From assembly GCF_011386835.1 (NCBI RefSeq), contig NC_088805.1, positions 26,288,001 through 26,352,000 of the forward strand: a stretch of DNA of 64,000 nucleotides. Direction: 5' to 3'. Below the pieces are notes generated by a model. It saw only the letters and a program-made list of their open reading frames with translations. It ran no database searches and had not been told where the DNA came from. The position numbers were made by a program, and so were the translations under genes. Origin of the DNA: Chrysemys picta bellii. Taxonomy: Eukaryota. Shown here piece after piece: positions 48,574-59,373 of this stretch. Position 1 is the stretch's first letter. The number at the start of each line of letters is the position of its first letter.

Positions 48574-48735
48574 CAGAGGGGTAGCCGTGTTAGTCTGAAT
48601 CTGAAAAAAGCAACAGAGGGTCCTGAATCTGTAAAAAGCAACACTTGCGTCTGATGAAGTGGGCATTCACCCACGAAAGCTTATGCTCCAATACTTCTGT
48701 TAGTCTTAAAGGTGCCACAGCACCCTATGTTGTTA
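48574..48735. mobile_element. Penelope-like pLTR, family A, inverted two-arm insertion with short internal duplication
   Basis: Left arm gcaacagagggtcctg is the reverse complement of the right-arm end cagcaccctatgttgt; ctgaatctg.aaaaagcaaca is repeated. Confidence 0.8.
48647..48686 (+). ncRNA. Minimal type I hammerhead ribozyme motif, core intact
   Basis: GCGU-CUGAUGA-A-GUGGG(cauuca)CCCAC-GAA-AGCU-U-AUGC: 4-bp stem I with one GU pair, 5-bp stem II, palindromic AGCU helix III. Confidence 0.7.
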
Positions 48736-49363
48736 TTTCATATATGTTAGATGCCATAATTAAAGCTGAGATGGCCATTCCTGACACTGGATGTAAATAC
48801 TGTTTACATTTTAGCACAGACTTTGTACAAAGCAAGATGATGGAGCATCCATGGAAGATGCAACTGACAATGTATGTCATCTCATATGAGTTAGAAACAG
48901 ATTTTATTTTGTGCTCATCGGAGAAATATCAAAACCCACATAAAATTACAGCCTTTTACATAACACCCTCAAAGGATAACTCTATAGTCAAAACTATTTT
49001 AACCTGTGTCCCCCCCCTCTATTTTTACTGCATCGTTTCACCCATTTTTCACCTACGCTTAACAAAATCAAAACCCTAATTATAACAAATCAATGGGACA
49101 AAGACACAAGAGTAAGTTGAGTGGAGAGAGATCACACTGTGTTTTGAAGCATCTCCTGCAATTCCATTAAAGTATCTGAGACACAGTTCTGACTCTTCAA
49201 GTATAATAGTAAATTATCAGTAGTATTTTATATCTTACAAAATATGTAACAAAAAATGTAACAGAATGTCAGACAGCCAAACGGAGAAACATCATAGAGG
49301 GTGGATTCTACACACTTGCATGAAAACATTGTAAACCACTTTTTAAATTTGTAAGGAGTCCAA

Positions 49364-49801
49364 AGGCTTGTCTACTTCAGGGATTTTTGCACAAATGTTG
49401 CAAGCCTTCTTTTTCCACTGGTGCAATGAATCTATACAAGAGGGTTGCGCTGGTGTAGTACACCAATGCAAAAAATCTATAAGGTAGACATTTCACAGGC
49501 CTGGTCTACACCGGGGTAGAGGGGGTGGGTCGGGGAGAGGACAAGCTAAGTCGGTCTAAGTTACGCAACTTCAGCTATGAAAATAGCATAGCTGAAGTCG
49601 ATATACTTAGAGCTACTTATTGCGGTGTCTTCACTGCGGTAGGTCAACTGCTGACGCTCCCCCGTCGACTCGTTTCTCGCTCCAGTGGAATACCGGAGTT
49701 GACAGGACAGCGCTTGGCGGTCGATTTATTGCATCGTCACTAGATGTTATAAATCGACCCCCACTGGATCGATCGCTCCGGAGGTAAGTGTAGACATGCC
49801 C
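49364..49801. mobile_element. Two adjacent Harbinger-type MITEs (49364-49490 and 49498-49801)
   Basis: gtctac / gtagac termini; the second copy matches 27092-27364 internally. Confidence 0.7.
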
Positions 49802-50903
49802 ATAGGCTGGGACAACGCCTGAGCCTGACTGCTCTCAATGCTGCTCTGAGTTCTGCTGCTGCTTATATCAGATTAACGCCTCCATGCCAAACCTCCAAAC
49901 AGAAAGTGAAGGTTAGGGTTGAAAAATCACTAGCTGTCCAACAATCGGATCCATGCAGGGAGGTATCCTTGCACCCTAGTGGGGTCTACTGATGTCAATG
50001 CAGTTCCGTGTGGCAGCAAGGGTCCACCAGTCCAGATCCAACTCGAGGATCAGGGCCATGATCCAAAATTAAACAGCGAGATCCCAATTCTACAAACATT
50101 CACACCTGAGTAACTTAATCCATGTGATCAGTTCCAACCAATTAGATTATTCACAAATGTAAAGTTACTTACATGTATGTTTGCAAACCCCGGGATTAAA
50201 TGTAAACTCTTTTTTGTTAAAGGTGACCTGCATAGGAAAAAGCAAATTGAGCCTGTGTACTTTGGTGCTCCTTTATGATGTACAGTATAAAGAAGGCCCG
50301 AACATTTTTGTTTGTTTGTCTGTTGGTTGTTTAATTATAAAAAGGGGTTTTTGCCAATAATTTTTTAACATTAGCATTTCAATTCCTGTTTAGCCTGGAG
50401 CACTAGTTAAGCTATGACATGATAAGAGCCAAGAGAATGAAAGCAATGGAGAAGGAAAGAGATTTTAGTCAGACTTCAAAACTCTTTTGTTAACAACTAT
50501 TTAACTGCAATGACTAATGAACATTTAGGAAAATGAATGTATTTGTTAAAATTCATCTCCCCTCACCCACTTCCCTTTCAATGAGCCCTCCAATAGATTC
50601 TCCAGGAAAAACAGGGAAGACAATAGTTCAGATTCCTATGTAAAGAACAAGTAAGAAAAAACAGTCTTAAAAATGCAGGCCCTCTTTTTACACTTCAGAG
50701 AAACAAAGTTTTAGAGGTCACCTTTAGCTAACCCTTCCCTAAGCTCATTTGAGGTTACTATACCTAAAGTTTGAAGTAGCTTTGTTAATGAGATCAACAC
50801 ATTAGCTTGTCATATATTTAACTTTTTTATTGTAAAGTCAAATCTTGGACATTTTTTAAAGTTTTCTCTGAAAATAGAATTTGAAATTGTGGCTCCACGG
50901 GCA

Positions 50904-50917
50904 GCCACCAGGGGGCA
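50904..50917 (+). promoter_or_regulatory. Candidate CTCF site
   Basis: GCCACCAGGGGGCA closely matches the CTCF core CCACCAGGGGGC, in AT-rich intergenic DNA. Confidence 0.6.
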
Positions 50918-53849
50918 AAAACAAACTACGGTAAGTAACCATCATCTCCAGAGCGACAAAGAAAACAATGTCATCTAAAACAGTCTGCTGCACTGGACAG
51001 TGTAGATACCATTTTTTTAATGTTTTATCACCACTATTAAATGACAAAAAACACTGTATTTTCTCCTAGGTCTCATTAGGGAGCTATAGATGAAAATGCT
51101 AATATGGGGGTAATTGTATTTCATCATGCGTGAGCTTGTAACCCCAAGGAGTCAGTCTGTCTGCTGCAGCCAGTCACCATGATTCAGTGCACTCAGCACA
51201 CATGGGAGTTGTTCGCTTACTCAGTCTCCATAGAGAGCACCATGGTTGTTACTATGCAGTGCTGAATTAAAACACATTTTCCCTTTCTAATCAACTCACA
51301 CATTTGCAACTGATTGTGTTAGTTCCTATTATGTATTCTTTGACTTATGTAGCAGGCACCACATTTATAGATAATCACTTTTCATAAACTTTACACAAGT
51401 ATTTCTTTATGATATGAAGTGTTGACTCAACAATCCATCAGTCTCACCCCTATAGATAACTCACTCACTTATTTAAAAATAAAATAAAAGTGTAGTGATG
51501 GAAAAAATAATACCTGACCAATAAAAGCCTGGCAGTGTGATGTAACATTATGTAGAATGATTTTATATAAGACCATATATTACTAGTTAACATTTTAATG
51601 ATATCAGGATATGACTAATTATATTTCCTATATTGGGTGATGGGGTGGGAAATGGTTGACTGCATTCAGAACAGCAACTGCTGAAAATTAAAATAGTATC
51701 TCAGGCCCAAATCCTTAAAGGTGTTTGAGTGCCTAACTCCCATTAATTTCAATGGGATTTAGGCATTGAAATACCAGTACCTAATGCGGCCCAGTTCAGC
51801 AAGATACTTAAGCACAGGAGTATCATAAAGTTAGGTACATGATGAAGAACCCAGACCTGCCAAGACTTATGCATGTGCTTAATTTTACATACTGCAAGTA
51901 GTTCCATTCCAGTCTACTCACAGTGCATAAAATTAAGCACAAGCATTACTTCTTGCAGACTGACTGGAGCTTATGTATCTTTCTGAATCAGGGCTTGAAT
52001 ACAAGAATTATACAACAACATTAAAACATTTTATATTTTATGGCAGAAAATTTTACATTTACACAGGTGCCCTTAATGTTACACATGCTGCACGTAGACT
52101 GTGCACAGCTAGTTAAGTATTCTTTTATTCAAAGTGGTTAAGAGGCAGTAGCCAGGCATTAGGTAGCTGCATTTTACATATTCTTATCTCCTCTGGCCAG
52201 ACTTCCATCCCCCTCAATGTTTGAGGCCTGAGTGATAAGCCTGATCTGCCTTACTTCAAGCATGGTAACTAGACTGATCTAATTTACAACACCTAATTTA
52301 CATCCCACTTATCCCATACAGAAATGCTCTGGCTCTGCAGAATTTAAGAGCTCTGCGGGACCTAAGCATCAACCTGCAGAGATTTGTAGCTCTGCAGAAA
52401 TAGAGTATCAGGCCTGGGGAGCTCTACTCTAATGCTCAGCATCTTTGGAGATCGGGAACTAGAGATACTTTTATAAAACTCCCTAGGAAAATAAATGCTA
52501 GAAACTTTATTAACACAATATTAATATGGCATATACCAGGGACAAACATGCAATCTTAATGATATAAACTAATATTCAGTCTTTCATTATCTGATCACAT
52601 ACAATTTTCAATATGCAAAAGTTAAGGTTCCCATAGCAATGTTAACTCTGTCATATTGCACATACATAATATTTTCTATTCCTTTTTTTCTGTTTAAATG
52701 TGAAACTGAATACATTTTATAACAAGCTGCAATACATAAGACACAACACTAATATATGAATAACTTTAGCTATATGATTAAGTGCTGCATATGCTGAAAG
52801 TTTAAAAATATGTTTTGTGGTCAGAGTTAAGCTTATTTTTGGAATGGGTAAAATGATTTTTTCACATCAGTAATGTAGCTAATCAAATATGTGAAATGTA
52901 AGATTAATATTTATACAATTTACCCTAACTAGTCATTTTCATCCTTTATATTCTCATTTGTATTGTGCAAAAATTGAATACTTACATATAATGAAGGAGT
53001 AAGCATCACTGAATATTTTTAGTAATTTTATAATAATGCCTATATAAAGATGTTAGCAATATATTTTATGGCTCCTCAGTTCACATTAAAGATAAATAAC
53101 TTACATACTTCTTAAATGTTCAAATGTTAAATTGCAATATTTTTGTTTCCGAATTTGGATAAACATCATTATTCTTTGTAGCAATCTTAACTGTAAGTTA
53201 AAGGTTTGCGGTGCCTAGTTTTTTTTTTTTTTTTTTTTAAATAAAAGGAGGCCTGAAAACTAAAATAAAGATGTCATAAAAAGACATGTCAGCACATAAA
53301 AGTTTTCAAGCATACTGGGCTCATTGCAGTTTGTGTAGACAATTTTATGCATCAGGCTAGTAGTTGACTGTAGAGAAAACTTGATGTGCCAGGCATATAG
53401 TTTTGTTTTTTTAATAGTAAGGCTCTTAAGGTCTGTGACAGAGTAGCAGAGACTGCTCTCATCACAGAGCCCTTGAGCTGGGCAGGAGTCCTCCAATTCA
53501 TGAGAAGAAACTTCCTAAGAGAAAAACAGCAGCGAGAACTGTGGACTTAAGCCAGGAAGTCTGTAGTTCAGGTGATCATGGCAGTGGGAAGTAGTTCAGT
53601 AGGATCTTGGCACCGATCCTACTAGACTGCTGAAAGTTTTATGCATCTAGAGGTAAAGAGCACCTAACACGACCACGTGTTATGCACCTAAAGAATACAC
53701 GAGAGGCCCGGTTTTGTAACCACATAAGCAATAATACACCTTAGCCACGGAGTGGGGACCATAGAGGGGCCTAACTTGCACTGATGTTGTGTTCACTGGA
53801 CATGCAGGGTGCCAGGCATGTGCCAAGCAGGAGCAGAGGCTGCAGGGAT

Positions 53850-55500
53850 AGCAACGGCCAGGGAGATGTAAGAGAAGGCAGCTGACTCCTCGCTGACCCA
53901 CGCACAGCTCCCGTCTTCAGTTTAGCAGCACCAGGTATAAGCAGACTAAGCAACTGGTTAGGGCCCTGAGCAGCTCGAGGGGAGGACTGGGCTATTCGCT
54001 TTTTGAGGACGTGTGTTTAGGGGTGGCAAATATTCCTGTGTAGGGCCCCCAATGGTCTAGCACCGCCTCTGCAGCTTAGCATGTCGCACCCCCCGTCCTA
54101 TAGGCCTGCTCAGTGACAGTAACCCCGCCGCAGCACTGAAGACCACCCAGGCAAGGAACCTGTGAGGTGCATGCAAAGGCTGCACAAACCCAGGGCCCCA
54201 TCAGGGCCAGCCTGAGCCCGCCCGCGCATGCGCTCATCCTCTCTAAGGCCCTCAGTGACGCTAAACCGTGCGCACGCGCCTAGCCCTACAACCGTGACCT
54301 CATCATCATGGCTCTGGTTCAGACCCTTCTCCCATCGTGCCACGCGCAGAAGACGACAGCGCCTCCCCCTTGCGTACGCACGCCAACGGCCGCCAGCGTA
54401 CGGGATCACGTGACTCCTAGCAGCCGACTTCTCGCTCTCCCCTCCCCCACCCAACGAAAACTGGGCCTGCACCGACATTCTCATCTACGGCAACTACCAT
54501 GGGCTAGTCCGGACAGAAGAAGTCGAGCCCCGGGGCTGTCGGGGAGCTCCTTCTACCCGTCCAGGAATTTCTTTCCTTACCCCAGGCTCTACTACGGGCG
54601 CTAAAGGCACCACGTCACGTGATGGGAGAGACCGCGGGGAGAAGAGATGGCCACGCCTCTGATGGGAGGGGCAATGAGAACAAGTCAGGTGGTACAGAGC
54701 GCCCGCCCGCGACGCGACATACTGGTGTCACGTGGATGTGGCGCGCGGCATACGGCGGGAGGAGGGGCGCCAAGCGGTGAGGTCACGTGTTGCGCCGCCG
54801 GCCCTTGGCCCCTCCTCCATGAGAGGGGAGGCAGGGCGGGCAAACATGGCGGCGGTGAGTTAGAAAGCGTCGGACGGCGGGGCTAGCGGCGGATACTTCC
54901 AGGAGCGGCTGTGGAGGGATCGAGAGAGAGTGAGTCCGCCCTACCCTCTTGCCCGATACCGCGGGGGGCCTATCCGGCCGCCTAAGCCGGTCCCTGCTCG
55001 ACGGGGCCGCGGCACTCGCGGGGATCTCCCCCCTCAGCTCCCAGTCTGGGCAGCCACGCACCGAGCGGGGCCAGGCATTGTCCCGCGGCCTCCCCCACTC
55101 TGGCCCCACACCGTGCGGGCAGGAGGCCCTTTGAGAGAGCCACGCGGGGTAGGGAGCGGTCGGTGCCTAGGCATTGTCTGGAGGTGGGGACTCAATGGGG
55201 AGGGGGATGCAGGTCGCCCTTGCAGCCCCTTCCTCTAAGCCTGCCCCCCAACCCGAGCAGCCGGCCCCGCAGTGACTAGCTCCCCCAGAGTGTCCCCTTG
55301 CCGGCAGGGACGCTGCGCCCCCTTCCCCATGCCCCTCTGAAGTCTTGTTGGGTGGAGGGCGCTAATCGCTCCAGTGGGGAGGCGTGTGGGGGGAGGGGGT
55401 TGCTATAGGCGGTGTGGGGCCGGCTCGCACTGTTACTGCTGGGGGGGTCACTGCCCCAGAAATGAGCGAACTTTCCTGCTATTGGCTGGTAACACGTATC
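53850..55500. promoter_or_regulatory. CpG island, probable SBNO1 promoter
   Basis: CpG-rich; NRF1 palindrome GCGCATGCGC at 54224-54233; four TCACGTG E-boxes; YY1-like AAACATGGCGGC at 54842-54853. Confidence 0.8.
54760..54854 (+). other. SBNO1: Probable exon 1 of SBNO1 (5' end approximate), ending ATG GCG GCG
   Basis: Strong donor GCG|gtgagt at 54855 in the CpG island. Identity rests on synteny (RILPL1-SNRNP35-RILPL2-KMT5A-SBNO1) only; no SBNO1 coding exon was found in the window. Confidence 0.65.
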
Positions 55501-55700
55501 TGTATGGCGAAGTTTCAGCTCCTGGGTTTATTGAAATAATCTCGTAGGATCCGGTGGTTAACGGCAGAGAAAACTTGTGGCCCTTATAACGTGGCAGGGC
55601 GAGGTCCCCCCACACACCCCGTTTTCTAGTTGGTTAAGCAAAATGGCCTCATCATCTAATATTTCTAACCACTGTCGTTGTGTGTCTCTTTAATCGCTTG

Positions 55701-56456
55701 GTTAATTGTTACAAATAGAGCCTCTCTAGCGACGGGAGAAGACTAGCTGGAAAAGATGTCTTTGGTACTTCATTGGCTTTAAATGTTGTATTTGTAGAAC
55801 CTCCTACTATCTCTGTAAGCTTAATGCTGTTGTTAAGGGAATTTTTAAGGTGTTGGAGAGCTGAAAAGAAAAGTAGTTTATGGGACGCAATTACGCAGCC
55901 AATTCTAACCCAACCCGGAAGTTTATGTCCTGAACACGTGTTTGTGGGCAAGGTTAGGAGGCTGAGGATTGCTGACCCTTTAGTGAGAGGAACCTGTTCG
56001 TTAATGTTTGTGTGAATAGCGAGCAAAGTGCTCAAGGGTCCCTGCGACCAACTGGGATCAATGGTGGGATTGAATGTGCTACAAACAGTAACGATTAACG
56101 AATGAGCCTCAAGGTCCGGTTAACTCTGACAGCACACCACAAACAAAGGTTGCTAGGGAGAGTAATCACTTAACATGGAAATGCTCTTAAACTTTGTTGA
56201 GAAGAGAGGCCTCACTTTTTTCCAATCACAATGATTTTTAAAAATATCGATGATATCCCAGCCTTTTTATTTGAGGAGGAAGTTACATCTGTTAAAAAGT
56301 TCTTTCTGAAATAGATACATTCTTAGAAAGTCATGTATCCTGTTAAAGAATGGGCTAATCAGTTGAAGTGTGAAGGGATACAGTTTAAAATTATCTGACA
56401 AATTTACAAATCTCGTTTATTTTTCTGTTTTATTTAGGCTACTCGTTGCATTTTAT
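55701..56456 (+). repeat. Local duplication, copy 1 (~756 bp)
   Basis: Collinear with 57920-58573 plus 59266-59373; identity roughly 85-90% by eye. Confidence 0.95.
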
Positions 56457-57919
56457 ATTGCTTAATAAGTTTCTTTTAGTTTGTCATTAACTAATGCAGT
56501 GGGACAGTATTTAAAGTTTATAGATGTTTAGATTTCAATAATTTTAATTAAAAAAAAAAATAAACTATTGAAGTTTCACAACTTTTTTATTAATCCTAAA
56601 TTTTTGGGGCTTGATCTGCCTGATGGAAATTGATTTATGTATACAATGGTGTATGTTGTGTTATGGTACAGTATTCGTATTGGCTTTCAAGGACACACTA
56701 CATGCTTACAAGGGCCATAACTTTACCTGAATCTAAAAATGACACTCCTGAAAAATGAAAATAGGCTACATCTCCCCCACCTTCTTCCTTCCCACAAGTC
56801 TATCCCATGTTGTCTAGAATAAGTTCTTTTCTCAACTGGTGCTAAAATGGTGTGAGAAATTGACATTAACTGTAGGTGCTTGAGGAGGGTTCAGAGGCAG
56901 ACAGCTAATTGAAAAGAACTGTTTTGTGTATCTCAGTCTATGCTAGTACTGTTTTCTGGACTGAAGTAGAGAGAGGTTGGTGACCCCCAATACTTTATTG
57001 GAGACTATCTCATTCTCCAGAATCTTACTTTTCAGGGTTTTTTTTTTTTTTTAAGTCTCTAGCTCATACGGAACAATTGTTATTGAGAGCTGTGAACTGG
57101 CCCATTCATTTAAATGGAGGTGCTAACTTATATGCCCAGTTACAATTTAGACAGAGTTATGATGATAACAGTATGTAAGGAAAGAGAGGAGAGGGACAAA
57201 AATCAGCAGTCTGAGGCACTAATTTTTTTTTGACTCAGCAATTAAATGTTGCTTGGGAGTGGGCCACCAATTTTTTTTCCCCATCCAGTGAGACACCTGA
57301 GCTTCCTCTCCTCCATGGTTGGGGATTGTTTGTTTTTTTTCTGGACAGGTGGCTTCCTCCCCGGTTCTATTGGCTATGCTCCTCTCTGTGCTGGAGGCTG
57401 TCTGCAGGCTTGAGCAGACATTGCTGTATTAACTAAACTTGGGTTACTTTCAGGATTTTCTTTGCCGCTATGACATACATACATAATATAAACATTGATA
57501 ACTTAGATTCTGATGTCATTGCATGACACTGAGAGCCAGAGTGCTAGGCATGTGCCTGTTTTTCCTTTGCCTTATTCCAGACTTGCCCCGGGGGTATCTG
57601 AACCCATTGCAGAGGAGCCAAGCCTAAGGAATTCATCAGATCTTGTATGGCAATGTTTTGAATATCTGCACAGTCTAATGTGTGGCATCTAATTTTGGCT
57701 TCTGAAGAAGGCAGAGCTTGTGAGACCAGTGCTTTTCCTAGTTTGAGTTCTGTATGTCTTGTAGTTGTAGCAGAATTCTTGCTAATAATTCCAAGCAAAT
57801 TTTACTGTGATCTTATTTTTTGACAAGGCATTTCAGATCACTTGGGGTAGTGTAAGAAATGATCTCGGGACAGATTACTATGCTGTGTATGGAAGCAATT
57901 GGAGGTGGAGACGGAGAAT

Positions 57920-59373
57920 GTTAATTGTTACAAATAGAGCCTCTCTAGCGATGGGAGAAGACTAGCGGGAAAAGATTTGATCTTTGGTGGTTCACTGGCT
58001 TTAAATGTTCTATTTGTAGAAACTCCTACCATCTCTGTAAACTTAATGCTGTTGTTAAGGGAATTCTTAAGGTTTTGGAGAGCTGAAAACTACTTTTGTT
58101 TATGGGACGCAATTACACAGCCAGTTCTAATCCAACCCGGAAGTTTGTCCTGAACACGTGTTTGTGGACAAAGTTAGGAGACTGAGGGTTGCTGACCCTT
58201 TAGTGAGAGGAACCTGTTCGTTAATGTTTGTGTGAATAGCGAGCAAAGTGCTCAAGGGTTCCTGCAACCATCTGGGATCAATGGTGGGATTGAATGCCAC
58301 AAACAGAAACAATTAACGAATGAGCCTCAAGGTCCGGTTAACTCTGACAGCACACCACAAAGGTTGCTAGGGAGAATAATCACTTAACATGGAAATGCTC
58401 TTAAATTTTGTTGAGAAAAGAGGTCTCACCTTTTTCAGTCACCATGAATTTAAAAAAAATGGATGATATCCCAACCTTTTTATTTGAGGGGGAAGTTACA
58501 TCTGTTAAAAAGTTCTTTCTGAAATAGATGCATTCTTAAAAGGTCATGGATCCTGTTAAAGAATGGGCTAAGCCAGTGGTTTTCAAACTGCGGGTCGTGA
58601 CCAGTACTGGGTCGTGGAATGTAAGGCTCTGGGTCGCGGCAGCTCTGGTCAGCACCGCCGACCAGGCTGTTAAAAGTCCTGTCGGTGGTGCTGCCTAGCT
58701 AAGACAGGCTAGTGCCTAGCTAAGACAGGCTAGTCCCTACCTGTTTTGACACCGCGCTGCACCCCAGAAGCAGCCAGCAGCAGGTCTGGCTCCTAGACAG
58801 AGGGGCCATGGGGCTCTGCGCACTGCCCCCGCCCTGAACACCTGGACGGGGTATGGTTCCTGTGGGTGAGAGTAGCGTGGAGCCACTTGCGCGCCTCTGC
58901 CTAGGAGCCGGACCTGCTGCTGGCTGCTTCCAGAGCACAGCCCTGTTGGCAGTGCCAGGACAGACAGGAAGCCTGCCGTAACACCCCCTTGCACTGCTGA
59001 CCGGGAGCTGCCCAAGGTAAGCCTGCACCCCAATTCCCTGCCCCAGCCCTGAGCCCCCCCCAAACCCAGAGCCCTCTCCTGTACCCTGAACCCCTCATTA
59101 ATGGTCCCACCCCACGGCCCTCACCCTTGTACCTCAATCCTCTGCCCCAGCCCCGAGCCCCTCCCACACCCTGAGCCCCTCCTTCCCACCTCCGTTGGGT
59201 CACGGGCATCAACAATTTTCTTCAACTTTCCGGGTTGCCAGGAAAGAAAAGTTTGAAAACCACTGGGCTAATCAGTTGAAATGGAAAGGGATACAGTTTA
59301 AAATTGTCTGACAAATTTACAAATCTGGTTTATTTTTCACTGTTTTGTTTAGGCCTGCTCATTGCATTTTTAT
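57920..59373 (+). repeat. Local duplication, copy 2, interrupted by a hAT element
   Basis: Direct repeat of 55701-56456. Confidence 0.95.
58574..59265. mobile_element. Non-autonomous hAT element, 692 bp
   Basis: TIRs CAGTGGTTTTCAAACT / AGTTTGAAAACCACTG; TSD GGCTAAGC / GGCTAATC (7/8); empty site in copy 1; internal 21-bp tandem duplication at 58692-58733. Confidence 0.93.

Noticed and set aside
55974-56200. H/ACA snoRNA interpretation of the invariant hairpin
   Set aside because: The nearest ANANNA is about 45 nt past the hairpin rather than adjacent, and the second hairpin is poor; left unassigned.
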